From Eledone cirrhosa (Eukaryota): a DNA stretch of 64,000 nt. Positions 36,555 to 49,343 of this stretch are shown here, in pieces. The stretch lies in contig OZ024742.1 in assembly GCA_964016885.1 (NCBI GenBank), positions 189,782,001-189,846,000 of the forward strand, written 5' to 3'. Both the position numbers and the translations under genes were made by a program. The stretch's first letter is position 1. Each line of letters starts with the position of its first letter. The notes beneath the pieces were generated by a model. The model worked only from the letters and a program-made list of their open reading frames with translations. It was not told where the DNA came from and made no database searches.

Positions 36555-36793
36555 AATTGCATTGAGATGTCATTTTAGCCTTTCCATTCAAAATTACAAA
36601 AATAATATTAAACTCTCTTCACATTTATCATCCATTTTTTGGTGTCAAACCTGGTGGAAATGTCATTGGCCATGTGACAAAGTGTAACAAAAGTTTTGAC
36701 ACCAGAAAATAGTTGATAAATGTAAAGTGAATATCACAGCTTTGAGTGTGTTTTTGAATAGAATGGTTAAAATGATTCTTTCACAATGTAATT
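36555..36793. repeat. Old diverged fold-back element
   Basis: ACATTTATCA...TGGTGTCAAA versus TTTGACACCA...TGATAAATGT; outer arms CATTTTAGCC.TTCCATTCAAAA versus TTTTGAATAGAATGGTTAAAATG. Confidence 0.6.
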
Positions 36794-36953
36794 GGTTTTT
36801 AAAATTATTCAAATTTAAATTGCTTGTTTTCCATTTCTTTTAATTTATTTAATGAAGTAATATCTCAGGATTTAGACTACAGACATTTTGTTGTTTATAT
36901 TTAAAGGATTAACTTGAAATATCATTGTCAATATTTCTAGAAATTTTGTGATA

Positions 36954-39900
36954 CATCATCATCATCATCATCATCGTTTAACCTCCATCTTCCCCACTAG
37001 CATGGGTGTGGACGGGAATTTTCCCACTTGAGGCAACATTGGTTGTCTTGCTCAGGACTGTCTGGCGATTTTTCTACGGCTGGATGCCCTTCCTAACACC
37101 AACCACGTTTACAGTGTGGACTGGGAGGTTTTTATCGTGTTACCTACACGGCCACATTACATCATGGACTGTGTGTTTTTTTGTCATGACACCTACACGA
37201 CCTCATTTATTTAGGACTGGATGTTGTGGTACCAACATAACTTTACATCGAAAGGGGTGGTGTGGATGGGGTGGGGGTAGTGGGACGGGGGTGTATTTTG
37301 GTAAGAGGTGCCTACTGACTGTAGGTTTTGCTTTGCACTTAGGCAAGGCGGGTCTTCTGTATTACTGAGTACCACCAAAGATCTTGGTCCAGTGACATTG
37401 TCTTGGAGAGGTGTAAGTGTGTGAGGTCGGAATTTATGAAGTCATCCCAGTTTTTTCTGGGTCTGCCTACTCCGTGGCTACCGTCTATTTTGATCGCCAT
37501 GCACTTTTTTATACAGCTGTCGTCTTTCATGCGCATCACATGACCATACCAACGAAGTCTTCTCTCGAGTAAACAGCATCTGATCCCTCTTATTCCTAAT
37601 TTCTCACTTAGTTCATTTATGCTTTGCCGTTCACGTATATTACTATTACACATCCAACGGAGCATGCAAGCTTCATTCCTCTCCAGTCTGTGTAGATCCT
37701 CTACACACAATGCCCAAGTCTCACTGCCATGTAACCTTGCTGTTCGTATGCAGGCATCATACAGCCTGCTTTTCATTTTTAGAGAGAAACCTTTAGCGGC
37801 CAATAGTGGTATAAACTCTCTGAACTTTTTCCATCCCGTTCTGACTCTAGCTACTGTACTTTCAGAGCACCCTCCACCACTGCTGATTTTGTCACCCAGG
37901 TAACAGAAGGTGTCCACTATTTCTATAGAACCATCTGTGCAATGGAATGAGCTAGTATTCTGTGGGCACTTGCTGCTACTTATTGCACCTGAGCACCGGC
38001 CACATATAAAAGCTATGTTCTTAGTTAGCTTACCTGTGATCCCACTACATCTTTTATGCACCCTTACTTTGCATTTGGGACATAAAATGGAGTTTCTCCC
38101 TACTCTTTTCCTACACACTGAGCATGGCCATTTCCCAGATGGGACCAGTGCCCTATTTTCCTTCCTACATACTAGAACTTTAGTCTTAGACAGGTTAATT
38201 TTAAGGCCTTTTGATTCTAGGCCATGCTTTCATGTTTGGAATTTCTTCTTTAGTTCAGCCATTGATTCAGCTATAAGCATTAGATCATCAGCGTATAGGA
38301 GTTCCCATGAGCAGCCGGTCTGGAACTCCTCTGTTATAGCCTGAAGGGCAATAATAAATAGGAGGGGGATAAGTACGGAGCCCTGATGAACACCAACTTT
38401 TACGCTAAGCTCTTCACTATATTTGTTGTTAATTCTAACCTTGCTGACTGTTTCTTTATACATGGCTTGTATAGCTCTCACAAGCCATTCATCAACACCT
38501 AGTTTTCTGAGAGCCCACCAGATAATGGGGTGTGGGACTCTGTCAAAAGCTTTCTCCAAGTCAACAAAAACTAAGTATAGGGGTTTACTTTTAGCTAGGT
38601 ACTTCTCCTGTAGTTGTCGTACAATGAAAAGAGCGTCTGTGGTACTTTTTCCTGACACAAACCCAAACTGCATTTCATCCAGATCAATTCGCTCTCTGAT
38701 TAGTTGCACTATTACTTTTTCTGTGACCTTCATGACCTTGTCAATTAATGTAATGCCTCTATAGTTTCCCCTATCTAGGGCATCTCCTTTACCCTTGTAG
38801 CAGTTAATGATGATGCTGCTATGCCAGTCCTTCGGTACGACCCCATTCTGTATGACTTGGTTTACTATCTGGGTGACCATAGTGTGTCCCACCGTTCCAG
38901 ATGCTTTCAGCATTTCAGCAACTATTTCCGAAGGCCCAGCTGCCTTGCCCGTCTTCATATCTTTGATTGCCTTACTTATTATACTACCTTCAACTTGCAC
39001 TGCTGGTCCCTCTATTGGATCGATGTGGGGGAGACTGTCTTTCTCCCATTTATTCTCCTCATTTAGTAGCCTTTCGTAGTGACACTTCCAAGCTACCTTC
39101 TTATCAGCGTCAGTGATGGCAAGTACACCATCATCATTAAGGACACACTTCTCCCCGACAATATCACAGTTTTCCTTGACATATTGCCTAGCAATCCTGA
39201 ACACCTCACGTTTTTGGTCCTCACGTTGTAGAACATGCTTGAACTTTCTTTCCTCTGCTTCCCTTCTTGCGAAGTACACTTGTCTCCTAGCTTCCCTCCT
39301 GGCCACTTGATAGTCTTCTCTACTTCCCCCATCCCGCCATACTTTCCAAGCCTGCTTTTTGGCTTTGATTGACTCTTCCACCTTACTGTTCCACCACCAC
39401 GTTACTCTCCTCCTGCCTATAGGTCTGCTCCAGCCACAGATTTCATCTGTCGCCTTCAGCAGGTTAGCTTTCAGGAATTCCCACTGTTCCACTATATTGT
39501 ACGACTCTAATTGCTCTTCCTTACTGTCAAAAGCATCATGTAATATGCTTTTAAATTTATTACTGGCTGTGGGGTCCTTTAACTTCCATATTTTTCTCCT
39601 GAGGATAGTCCTCCTCTGTTGTCGAGTATGTCTAGTCCTGACTACGAGATCGCTAACTTTGAGTCTATGTTGAGAGGTGCATTCTTCATGGGGGAGGGAT
39701 TTAGTGTTTACAACAGACACTCTGTCACGTCTTCTGGTAAGGATATAATCTATCTGACTGGTGTGTTCCCCTGATCTATAGGTGATCAAGTGATTGTCTC
39801 ATTTTTTGAAGTTAGTGTTACAGATAGTTAGGTTATTTGCGTCACAGAATTCCAGGATTCTGGAGCCTTCCTCATTTCTAGTACCAAACCCATAGCCTCC

Positions 39901-41250
39901 ATGGATTCTGTCATAGCCGTCACAATGTTGTCCAACATGACCATTTAGGTCACCAGCAATAATTATGTAGTCACTGTCGGTTATTTGGGAGGTAGTGAGC
40001 ATTAATGACTCATAGAATCTGTCTTTTATAATGCTAGGCAGTCCAGATTGGGGTGCGTACGCAGATATTATTGTCACAGTAGTTCTATTTAGGACAAGTC
40101 TTATTTTAATTATTCTGTCATTCACTCTATTTACGTCTATTATCTTATCTTCCCATTTTTCTGCTAGCATGATTCCTACTCCACCCAGCCCATTGTCATT
40201 TCCCACCCAGAAAAGCTTATAGCATCGTTTTTTACCCACAATGAATCTAGCAGACCCACCCTCCACCTGGTCTCTTGGATACAGCAAACATCAACCTCCT
40301 TACGTTCAAGCATTTCTACAACCTCGTTAGAGCGACCTTTTAAGGTGCCTACATTCATGGTACCAACTCTGAAGTTTTGGATTGTGTTTGGTGGGTGGGA
40401 ATGGTGGGGCACAGGGATGGGTGAGGGAGATGGGGTTATGTTGGCAATCTGCGGCCGAAATAAAGAGGAGGAGTCCTTGCATTCTCGTCCGGCAGCATGA
40501 GGTGAATTTGTCTTTATCTTTGGCATTGTCACTGAGTGTCCAGATTTTTCAGACTCTCCAGAATTCCGTAGTCCATCCATCATATCGAAAAGCAACCAGG
40601 TCTAAACTTAAGAAGTGATAGCATAGGCCGCTGATTTATGATTGGTCCAAGTAATAATGGTGGCGAGTGGGAGGGGTATAGGGTAGTTAGCGAGAAGGTT
40701 TAAATAAAATCCTCGAATTTTGGGCATAATTGAACAAGCATATAACAGTAATAAGAGAAGAATTATGGGATTTTAAAATACAAGAAGATTATTTTGAACA
40801 ATCAGACAGAATTATAGAATAGCATTGAAAAAAAGCAAAGATTGGATTCTGGACGATGATACGGATAGATGAATGGACCGGGGGAAGATGGAGAGAAGAG
40901 AAAAAAAAATGGCATTGTACATTACATTTCACAGAGGAGCGAGCGAGCGGTCTAGCCAATAATAAGGGATTGACAAATTCTGAGTTTCGTACCTCGCAAC
41001 AGGTTTATTTTATATTTGGAGAGAGAAGGAAGGGATTGAGAGAGAGAACCAGCAGGCGCGTATACGATATATAAGGGGGGGGGGGTGAAGAATAGGAGGT
41101 AGCAGGAAGGTTATTTTATATAATCCTAGAATTTCGGCCATAATTAAACAAACGAGAAGGTTATTTTAGAAAATGAGCGAGAAGGTTATAAAAAAGCAAA
41201 GATTGGATTCTGGACGATGATCCGGATAGATGAATGGACTGGGGGAATAG
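36954..41250 (-). mobile_element. Near-full-length RTE-clade LINE (family 2)
   Basis: (GAT)n tail at 36954-36975; ~380-bp 3' UTR; APE+RT ORF; ~650-bp 5' leader with an internal duplication (5' boundary approximate). Confidence 0.95.
37339..40595 (-). pseudogene. RTE APE-RT ORF with about 3 lesions (frameshifts near 40280 and 39795, nonsense at 38230)
   Basis: RVGTMNVGTLKGRS, CIQETRW, SAYAPQSG, AGDLNGHVG, SQIDY, DLEKAFDRVP, GVHQGSVL, LLYADDL, CPKC..RVHKRC, LRWYGHVMR. Confidence 0.95.
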
Positions 41251-41705
41251 GTTTAAAAATAAAAATACTTAAATTATTTACTGTAAAAAAAAATGCTTTG
41301 TGCGAATCAATATAGCATTGAACAAAATGCTTTGTTGTATTTGTTCCAGTTCATTACTTCTTCAGTTCAAACCTCACCAAGGTCAAAGTTGCCATTCATC
41401 ATTCTGGGTCAATAAGATAATATACTAGTAAAGTACTGGGTAAATAAATGGTTTGTGGGTTGATATAATCAGCTTTACTCTCCACTCAAATTGCTGGTGA
41501 AAGGGTAGTGAATTGACAGAACCAGTAGAGCACTGAGGAAATTGCTTTGTGGTATTTAATTATATCTCTTTATATTCTGAGTTTAAATCCTACCACAATC
41601 AACTTTGTCTTTCATCTGTCCAAGTTTGATGAAATAAAATACCAGTCACATACTGGTGTCAATATAAATGACCTTTCCTCCTCCTGCCCACCCCTACCAA
41701 TAAAT

Positions 41706-41883
41706 AATTGTTTCTATTTTAGGCACAAAGCCAGCAATTATCCAGTACATTACTGGTACTTTATTTTATTGACCCCGTAAGGATGAAAGGAAAAGTTAAC
41801 CTCGGCGGGATTTGAACTCAGACTGTAAAGGGACGTAACTATGCTAGAAAGCATGGCGTCCAACCCTCTACCGATACTGCCAA
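41706..41883 (-). mobile_element. SINE family B
   Basis: Near-identical to 27735-27912; older + strand copies precede it at ~41330-41690. Confidence 0.85.
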
Positions 41884-42309
41884 ATGCTGGCATTTTACTT
41901 GAATTAAAAACTATTATTAGAATTTGACAAAAGATTGCAAAAAGTATCTTGGGATGCTGTGCTGTGTCTATATTATCACTGCTCCATGATTCTGGTGGAC
42001 AGAATGGTGAAAGTGTTACCCTAGAGAATGAAGATGGAGAGAGTTGTACTGAAAGAGACAGTACAACTGATGGGGGCTTATATTTGTGGATAGATATCTC
42101 CATTCCAATCGAAATGAGTATGATGATGGTTTGGAAACTGAGAATGCCAGATGTTTCTATAGCTATGGGTTCGACAAAAGACCTATCAAAGAGTGACTGG
42201 TATTTAAATTGTATTTTTTATTGATCCTGAAAGGATGGCAGAGTAAGTGGACCTTGATGGGATTTGAACCAAGAGCAAAATCAAATATTCAGCACTCTAA
42301 CAACTCTGC

Positions 42310-43100
42310 CAAAATGTTCACAAATTGCAATCAGAACTATTGCAGTAGATGGAATAAAATCATTCAACATCTGAGTACACTAATAACTCTTGTTATGTTC
42401 CTATTCAACAACCTAGTTAAACATTAATATATTTTCTCAATACCTGATGCCAATATTCCACACATATTACATAGATGTTTTGTATACTTCTCTTTTAACA
42501 TGAAGAACAACATTTATGCTAGCTACAATCATAACCATCGCAGCAGATGGAATTCAAGTTTGTTGCACAAATATCTTATGTCACTTTCACATTTGATAAT
42601 ACCTCATCATCATCATCATCATCATCATCATTTTATGCCTGTTTTCCATGTTGACATGGTGGGATGTGTCATCAAAATCTGGAATGAGACTGGTCAGAAG
42701 AATACGTCCTGCTCATATGTTGCATATTTGGTATGGTTTCTATGGCTGAATGTCCTTCCTAATGCCAGCCACTTTATAGAATGTACTGGGTACATTTTAT
42801 TGTAACACAAACACTAGAGATATTATTAAGTCCTTGACAATACCAAAAGGTTCTCTCTACATTACATTTTCTCAGTTTGCGACAAACCATTAATAAGTAT
42901 TCTCAATACTTCATGCCAAATCCATACATATTAGACAAGAGCTTTGTATGCTTGTCTGTTAACATATTGAAAACAATTTCCCCAAGTTATAATGAAAACC
43001 AGCACAGCAGATGGAATGCCGGCTTAGTGGATTGATAACTCTTACTATATTATGTTCACGTTTGACAACACAGTGAACCATAAATAATCATTTTTAATGC
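42310..43100. repeat. Diverged ~200-bp tandem repeat (3 or more units) interrupted by a SINE at ~42605-42860
   Basis: CAG(T/C)AGATGGAAT at 42343, 42541 and 43005; TTCTCAATAC...ATGCCAA...ACATATTA and ATAACTCTT...TTATGTTC also recur. Confidence 0.7.
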
Positions 43101-44883
43101 TTCTTTCCATTCAAATATTCATCAAGGATATTGCTTACAAATGCATGCAAAGTTTTTATTTTATTTTAAACTAACTAAATAAGAAATTCATGATATGGCA
43201 TTGAAATAAATGCCAGTTCAGCTGTTGGAATTTATCAGATAATTCTAAGACAGCAAACAGGCAGAGCCATTAGGGTGTTGAATAGAACAACTTGTGGCAT
43301 TTGTCCCAGCTCTCTGTGTTCTGAATTATGATAGGTTTAATTTTAAATATGAACACTTTAAAACAAACAGCTTTCTGTCATAGAACCAGGGGTAGTTTCA
43401 GAGTATTTTGGTATTAAAATAGTTAAAAGAAACCATTGAATGTTTGAAGGAAATCCCTTACAATCCAAAATTCTCTCTTTCTTAGATATAGGTTTTTGAA
43501 TGTTTGAAATTTCCATTTTTTCATTCATCCTTATCTTTAAAATTTTTTATCAATTTTTCACCATTTCGGCCACTTTTTTTTTTATTATTTATCATTTTCT
43601 TTTTTGTTGTTGTTCTTATAAAGATGGTTTTCAAGAAAATATACAGAATAAGTTCGAAAGTATCTCCATATAACCATCAGCATTTTTGTATCATTTCAGA
43701 GATTTGTTTTTGTTTTTTTTCTGAAATATTTCTTTAAACTTTATATAATATATTGATTTTGATGTGGTAAGTAGGTGGGTAAGATCGATATGTAGATAAG
43801 TAGAGACTTACTTAGTTCCTCCTGTATAGTCAACTTGTGCTTTCAGCAGCAAGAAGTCCTTAGTTATCCCAGTGTGGTACTTGGTCATCTGCCTCTTTTA
43901 ATCTGATGTTACACTATTTTAAGTCTTCTTTGAAAGTATTACACTATGTAGATAGATATGTAGATAAGTAAGGGAGATTGCTGTTTTATTGGTGTTCCTT
44001 CATAGTCCCAGTAGACAGAATGGCAAATGCATTACCCTATAGGATAATGAGGCAAACATGCTGAAAGAGATAGTCCTACTCATGGGGTTCATACTTGCAG
44101 ATAGCCATCTCCATCTCAATCACAGTAAGTAGGAAGATATATTGACTTTATAGCCGATGCGGGTTTTGCTGCTATGTATTTGCTAATATATTCCTACGAT
44201 GGGTTGATATGAGTGATTTCATTAGAATTCTTTATGTTCTGAGTTCAAATATTGCTATAGCCTATTTAGGTGGTAGACTTGTTCCATTGATCAGATTAAA
44301 AACACCACCTGGCCTTATGTAGCTTTAATAGAGTCCACTCTATTGCAAGCATTCAGGTCAGGTATCCATTTTGAGGATATAATTCCCCCTCATCTTCTCC
44401 AGTTTGGGAAACTTTCATACTGTTCAGGGATGCTCGACTAAAACGTAATATGGAAGTAAATGGAACCTATATAGAGACTAAAGTCATGATGAATAACCTC
44501 AAGAAAATAAACATCTTGAAGGAGATAACACAGGATTGTGATGACTGGCAATATTGTTATTACTGTTAGTACTAGTATGGTAAGGCTAAATGTAAATGTG
44601 GTGAGCTATCAAAGACTTCGTGGATTGGAGAAATGGGCTAACAAATGAACGGGTTACAGGGGAATATTTTGACTTGTCAAGGACCTCTCTAGTACTGGTT
44701 CTACAATAAGAAAGATCCAATACACTCTGTGGATTGGTAGTGTTGGGTCCATAATAAAATTCACCCAGTACAATCTGACCATAATCTGGTTATCTGACCA
44801 TGTCTTGTCTCAAACTGTCATGACATATTCAACACATGCCAACATGGACCCTTGCAAGCAGGGAAAAGTGGATGTAAAATGAC

Positions 44884-44925
<42 letters not shown>

Positions 44926-44931
44926 ATATAT

Positions 44932-44984
<53 letters not shown>

Positions 44985-45002
44985 CATACATACATACATA
45001 CA

Positions 45003-45038
<36 letters not shown>

Positions 45039-45430
45039 TTCCTCCATAATATAACTGTGTAATTTTACTTCCTGTATTTTGATTTGTTCCATTTTTTAAC
45101 TACATACATACCTGCCTACCTACCTACCTACCTACCTACCTATATATACATACAATGAGCATGGAAAATACAAGAGTGTAAACTAGTGTAGCATAAAATA
45201 AGATAAGAAAATTATTGGAGTGTTCCACTGAGGCAGATGACAGTTCACAGCAACATTGCATGGTGAATTTTTTTCTTTTGAAATATAAATGAAATATGTG
45301 GTAAAATTTAAAACTATTTTATTTTGTGTTTCTTTTTTTCTTCTACTCCAGTATTTCCAGCACACATTATACAAGCTTTCCTAAATTAATCTTAAATACA
45401 CACAAAAATAAATAAACACACACATATATG

Positions 45431-45712
45431 CATCATCATCATCATCATCATCATCATCACTGTTTTACGTCCGTTCTTCCACGCTAGCATTGGTTAGACG
45501 GGTAGTCCTGTTGTGGGCAGTGTCTGGTCGGCTGACCATGCCTTGCTCATACAGGAACTGATTTGGCTTGATTTCTACAGCTGGATGCCCTTCCTAACAC
45601 CAACCTCATTTACAGTGAGTGCTGGGTGCTTTTTCGTGGCACCTACACGTCCACTTTCCAGTGTGGGCTGGGTGCTTTTTTGCCGTGGCACCTCCACGAC
45701 CACCTTGCAGTG
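45431..45712 (-). mobile_element. RTE-tailed SINE/non-autonomous element
   Basis: (CAT)n, then reverse complement of 671-803 plus GGATGCCCTTCCTAACACC. Confidence 0.85.
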
Positions 45713-45764
45713 GGAGGGTGTGGGGGCATCATATATATATATATATGATGAAATATTGTATATA

Positions 45765-46340
45765 ATATATAACGTTGAAAGAGATAGAAGGCTAAACAAT
45801 GCAAAATGGACTGTAAGATGAGGTAACGAAAAGTAAAAGTTACCTGGTAATCTTTGTTTTGTTTTTGTTCTTTTATCTGTCCAATTTTTCGGGACATAAA
45901 AGTCCCTTCATCGGGGTTTAAGGAACTTTCAATGGATAATGTTCCAATTTCCTCTCTTTGAGGTAAAATTTTGATTTTGATTTAATTTTTTATAAGTCGT
46001 TTTCAAGCGGTTTTTTATGGTTATTTCTCTTTCCACATGAATGATGTAAAATGTAGAAAGAGAAAGAACCATAAAAAAACGCTTGAAAACGATTTAGAAA
46101 ACTTTAAATCAAATTCAAAATTTTATCCCAAAGAGAGGATATTGGAACGTTATCCACTGAAAGTTCCTTAAACCCTGATGAAGGGACTTTTATGTCCTGA
46201 AAAATTGGACAGATAAAAGAACAACAATAACAACAAAAAACTAAACAAAGATTACCAGGTAACTTTTGCTTTTCGTTACCTCATCTTACAGTCCATTTTG
46301 CATTGTTTAGCCTTCTATCTCTTTCAACATTATATATATT
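45765..46340. mobile_element. Penelope-like fold-back element, ~275-bp arms (45765-46038 / 46051-46340)
   Basis: Continuous arm complementarity; hammerhead-like core; TA-rich flanks. Confidence 0.85.
46173..46208 (+). ncRNA. Hammerhead-like motif: canonical CUGAUGA core, atypical stem III
   Basis: CC-CTGATGA-A-GGGAC-TTTTAT-GTCCT-GAAA-AA-TT-GG; the left-arm copy has GTCCC, giving a perfect stem II. Confidence 0.6.
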
Positions 46341-46351
46341 TATATATATGT

Positions 46352-46747
46352 CCCAGAAAACCCTGGGACTATCTGATAAATTCCGACCTTACACACTTGC
46401 ACTTCTCTAAGACGATGTCACTGGACCGAGATCTTTGGCGCTACTCAGTAATACCAAAGACCCGCCTTGCCTATGTACAAAATGAAACCTACAGTCAGTA
46501 GGCACCTCCTAACCAAATATACACCCCAATCCACTATCCCTACCCTATCCTCCCACTCCGACCAACATAACCCTCTCTCTGTAAAGTTGGTACCACAACA
46601 TCCAGTCCAAATAAATGAGATAATGAGATCGAGATCGTGTAGGTGTCACAATAAAAAAAAAAATTGTGCCTCAAGTGGCACAACTCCCGTCTAACCCATG
46701 CTAGCGTGGAAGATGGACGTTAAACAATGATGATGATGATGGTGATG

Positions 46748-46749
<2 letters not shown>
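46352..46749 (+). mobile_element. 3' fragment of RTE family 2
   Basis: PRKPWDYLINSDLTHLH..KTMSLDRDLWRYSVI.KTRLA plus a 3' UTR with an internal deletion and (GAT)n. Confidence 0.9.
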
Positions 46750-46811
<62 letters not shown>

Positions 46812-46825
46812 ATATACACACATAT

Positions 46826-47130
46826 TATATAATTAGTTACAACAGTGACATATACAAGTACTTAAGTTTTGTTGGGTTAGACACCGCAACTCATTAAGCC
46901 TGTTATAAAAACAAAGATGATCACTAAAGATTAAATGTAATCTCTTTGGCAAGAATATATAAGAGCTTTAGTGGCTATCTTTGTTTTTATAATAGGTTGA
47001 ATGAGTTGGAGTGTATAACCCAACAAATCTTAAGTACCTGTATATGTCACTATTGTAACTAATTATACATAACTCACCCTATGGACTGAGTGCTCTTACC
47101 CTTGGATATTTCTACCAAACTATTACAACA
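46826..47130. mobile_element. Fold-back element (~105-bp arms, 46826-47067) with right-hand tail to 47130 and degenerate hammerhead
   Basis: Arms are complementary; right arm reads ATAGG-TTGAATGA-GTTGG-...-CCAAC-AAAT-CTTAAG-TA-CCTGT. Confidence 0.8.
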
Positions 47131-47149
47131 ATATATATATATATATATA

Positions 47150-47334
47150 TGAGGGGCTACCGAAAAGTTCCTATTTTTGGGTAAAAGAGAATACAGGAGG
47201 ATTAGTTAATCAGGATTTTATTCAGCATATTCCCCTCTCAGATTCACACACTTATTGCAGCGGTAAAGGTAACAGCTCTAAGCTCTACCCTTTTGGGATA
47301 TCCTTAAAGCCAGGAACTTTTCAGCACCCCCTCG
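47150..47334. mobile_element. Mariner-type MITE
   Basis: TA|TGAGGGGCTACCGAAAAGTTCCT ... AGGAACTTTTCAGCACCCCCTCG|TA imperfect TIRs with TA TSD. Confidence 0.75.
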
Positions 47335-47345
47335 TATATATGTGT

Positions 47346-47532
47346 GGAGTGGATTGGCAGTATCGGTAGAGGGTCGGATGTTATGCTTTGACGTATAGAG
47401 TTACCACCCTTGCCATTCTGAATTCAAATCCCGCTGAGGTTAACTTTGCCTTTCATCCTTACGGGGTCGATAAAATAAAGTACCAGTAATGCTCTGGGTA
47501 ATTTCTGGCCTTGTGCCAAATGTAGAAACAAA
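47346..47532 (+). mobile_element. SINE family B
   Basis: Matches the family B consensus. Confidence 0.85.
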
Positions 47533-48128
47533 TATTAGTTATAGGATAAATTAATACATCTTAATCATGAAGAACATTTTTAATTTTTACTATATGTATT
47601 TCTCACATTATATAATCCATATATATACATACATGTATTTATATAGAGAACCTTCCAGGTATTTATATATCTAGGTTGTGAGTTTGATTCCTGGACTGTG
47701 TGGTGTGGTGTGTCCTTGAGCAAGACATTTTATTTCATGTTGCTCCAGTTCACTCAGCTGTAGAAATGAGTTGCAATGTCAATGGTGCCAAGCTGTATCA
47801 GCTTTTGCTTTTCCTTTGGACACAATATTACACTATAGGCTAACAATGGTTTTAAAGTCCAATGTTGATATTAAATAAGAGGTAAGCATTTAACAGTAAT
47901 TACAACTAATCTTCTACCCCTTATATAATATCTCCAGTGGATTGTGAAACCATTGGTAGCATATGATGTAATAGGATTAATAAATATTAACTCTACTACA
48001 GGACATACAAGTTTCTGCTTCCTTCTTCATTATGTTACATACAAGCACACTCACATAAATACTTATATACATATACATATATATATATATATTTATATAT
48101 GTATGTGTGTGTATATATATATACATAT

Positions 48129-48168
<40 letters not shown>

Positions 48169-48173
48169 ATAAT

Positions 48174-48357
48174 AATTGTTTCTACTTTTGGCACAAGGCC
48201 ATCGATTATCCAGTGCATTACTGGTACTTTATTTTATCGACCCTGTAAGGATGAAAGGCAAAGTCAACCTCAGCGGGATTTGAACTCAGATCGTAAAGGG
48301 ACGTAACTATGCTGGAAAGCATGGCGTCCGACCCTCTACCGATACTGCCAATCCACC

Positions 48358-48358
<1 letters not shown>
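48174..48358 (-). mobile_element. SINE family B
   Basis: Matches the family B consensus. Confidence 0.85.
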
Positions 48359-48387
<29 letters not shown>

Positions 48388-48390
<3 letters not shown>

Positions 48391-48606
48391 TTGAAGACTA
48401 AAATCTAAAGAGGGCTCGATAAGGATAAATATATATCAAATATATATAAGAGCCGTAGAACAAATATTTATTAAAATAATAGATTAAAGTTTAAGCAAAT
48501 AATCGCTGCTTTCACCCTTAATGGGATCTTCTGAGTTTCAGAAGATCCCGTTAAACATGAAAGCAGCGATTCTTTACTTAAACTTTAATCTGTTATTTTA
48601 ATAAAT
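48388..48606. mobile_element. Fold-back element (arms 48466-48534 / 48538-48606) with left-hand tail; same family as 2902-3031
   Basis: GCTGCTTTCACCCTTAATGGGATCTTCTGA-GTT-TCAGAAGATCCCGTTAAACATGAAAGCAGC. Confidence 0.85.
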
Positions 48607-48616
48607 TAATATATAT

Positions 48617-48940
48617 GGAGGCATATGGCTTAGTGGTTAGAGCATTGGCTTTGCAATCGAAAGGTTGTGAGTTCAATTCTCAGACCGGGTGATGTGTTGT
48701 TTCCTTGAGCAAGACACTTTATTTCACATTGCTCCAGTTTACTCAGCTGTAGAAATGAGATGATAGGGCCTGGGGTCCCTATCATTCCATTGCAAAGTGG
48801 TTGTGGAGGCACCACGGCAAAAACACACCCAGCACTCACTGTAAATGAGGTTGGTGTTAGGAAGGGCCTCTAGCTGTATAAATCAAGCCAGAATCAGTTC
48901 CCGTCCCACCCTTGCAAGCAATGATGATGATGATGATGAT
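48617..48940 (+). mobile_element. SINE family A
   Basis: Collinear with 3913-4248; tail partly deleted; (GAT)n. Confidence 0.9.
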
Positions 48941-49105
48941 ATATATAATGTGTGGTAGTTTGCTTGAAGCCATGTGGAATATGAGATACAAATATAAATA
49001 AGCAGTGCATGTGATTATTTGGGAACCAATCAATGTGTGTTTGGTAAAAAGGCCAAGAGTAGAAGAAGAAAAAAGAACACAATGATATATATATGTGTGT
49101 ATATG

Positions 49106-49208
<103 letters not shown>

Positions 49209-49280
49209 TTATTAAAATAACAGATTAAAGTTTAAGCAAAGAATCGCTGCTTATATATAATATATATATATATGTGTATG

Positions 49281-49343
<63 letters not shown>

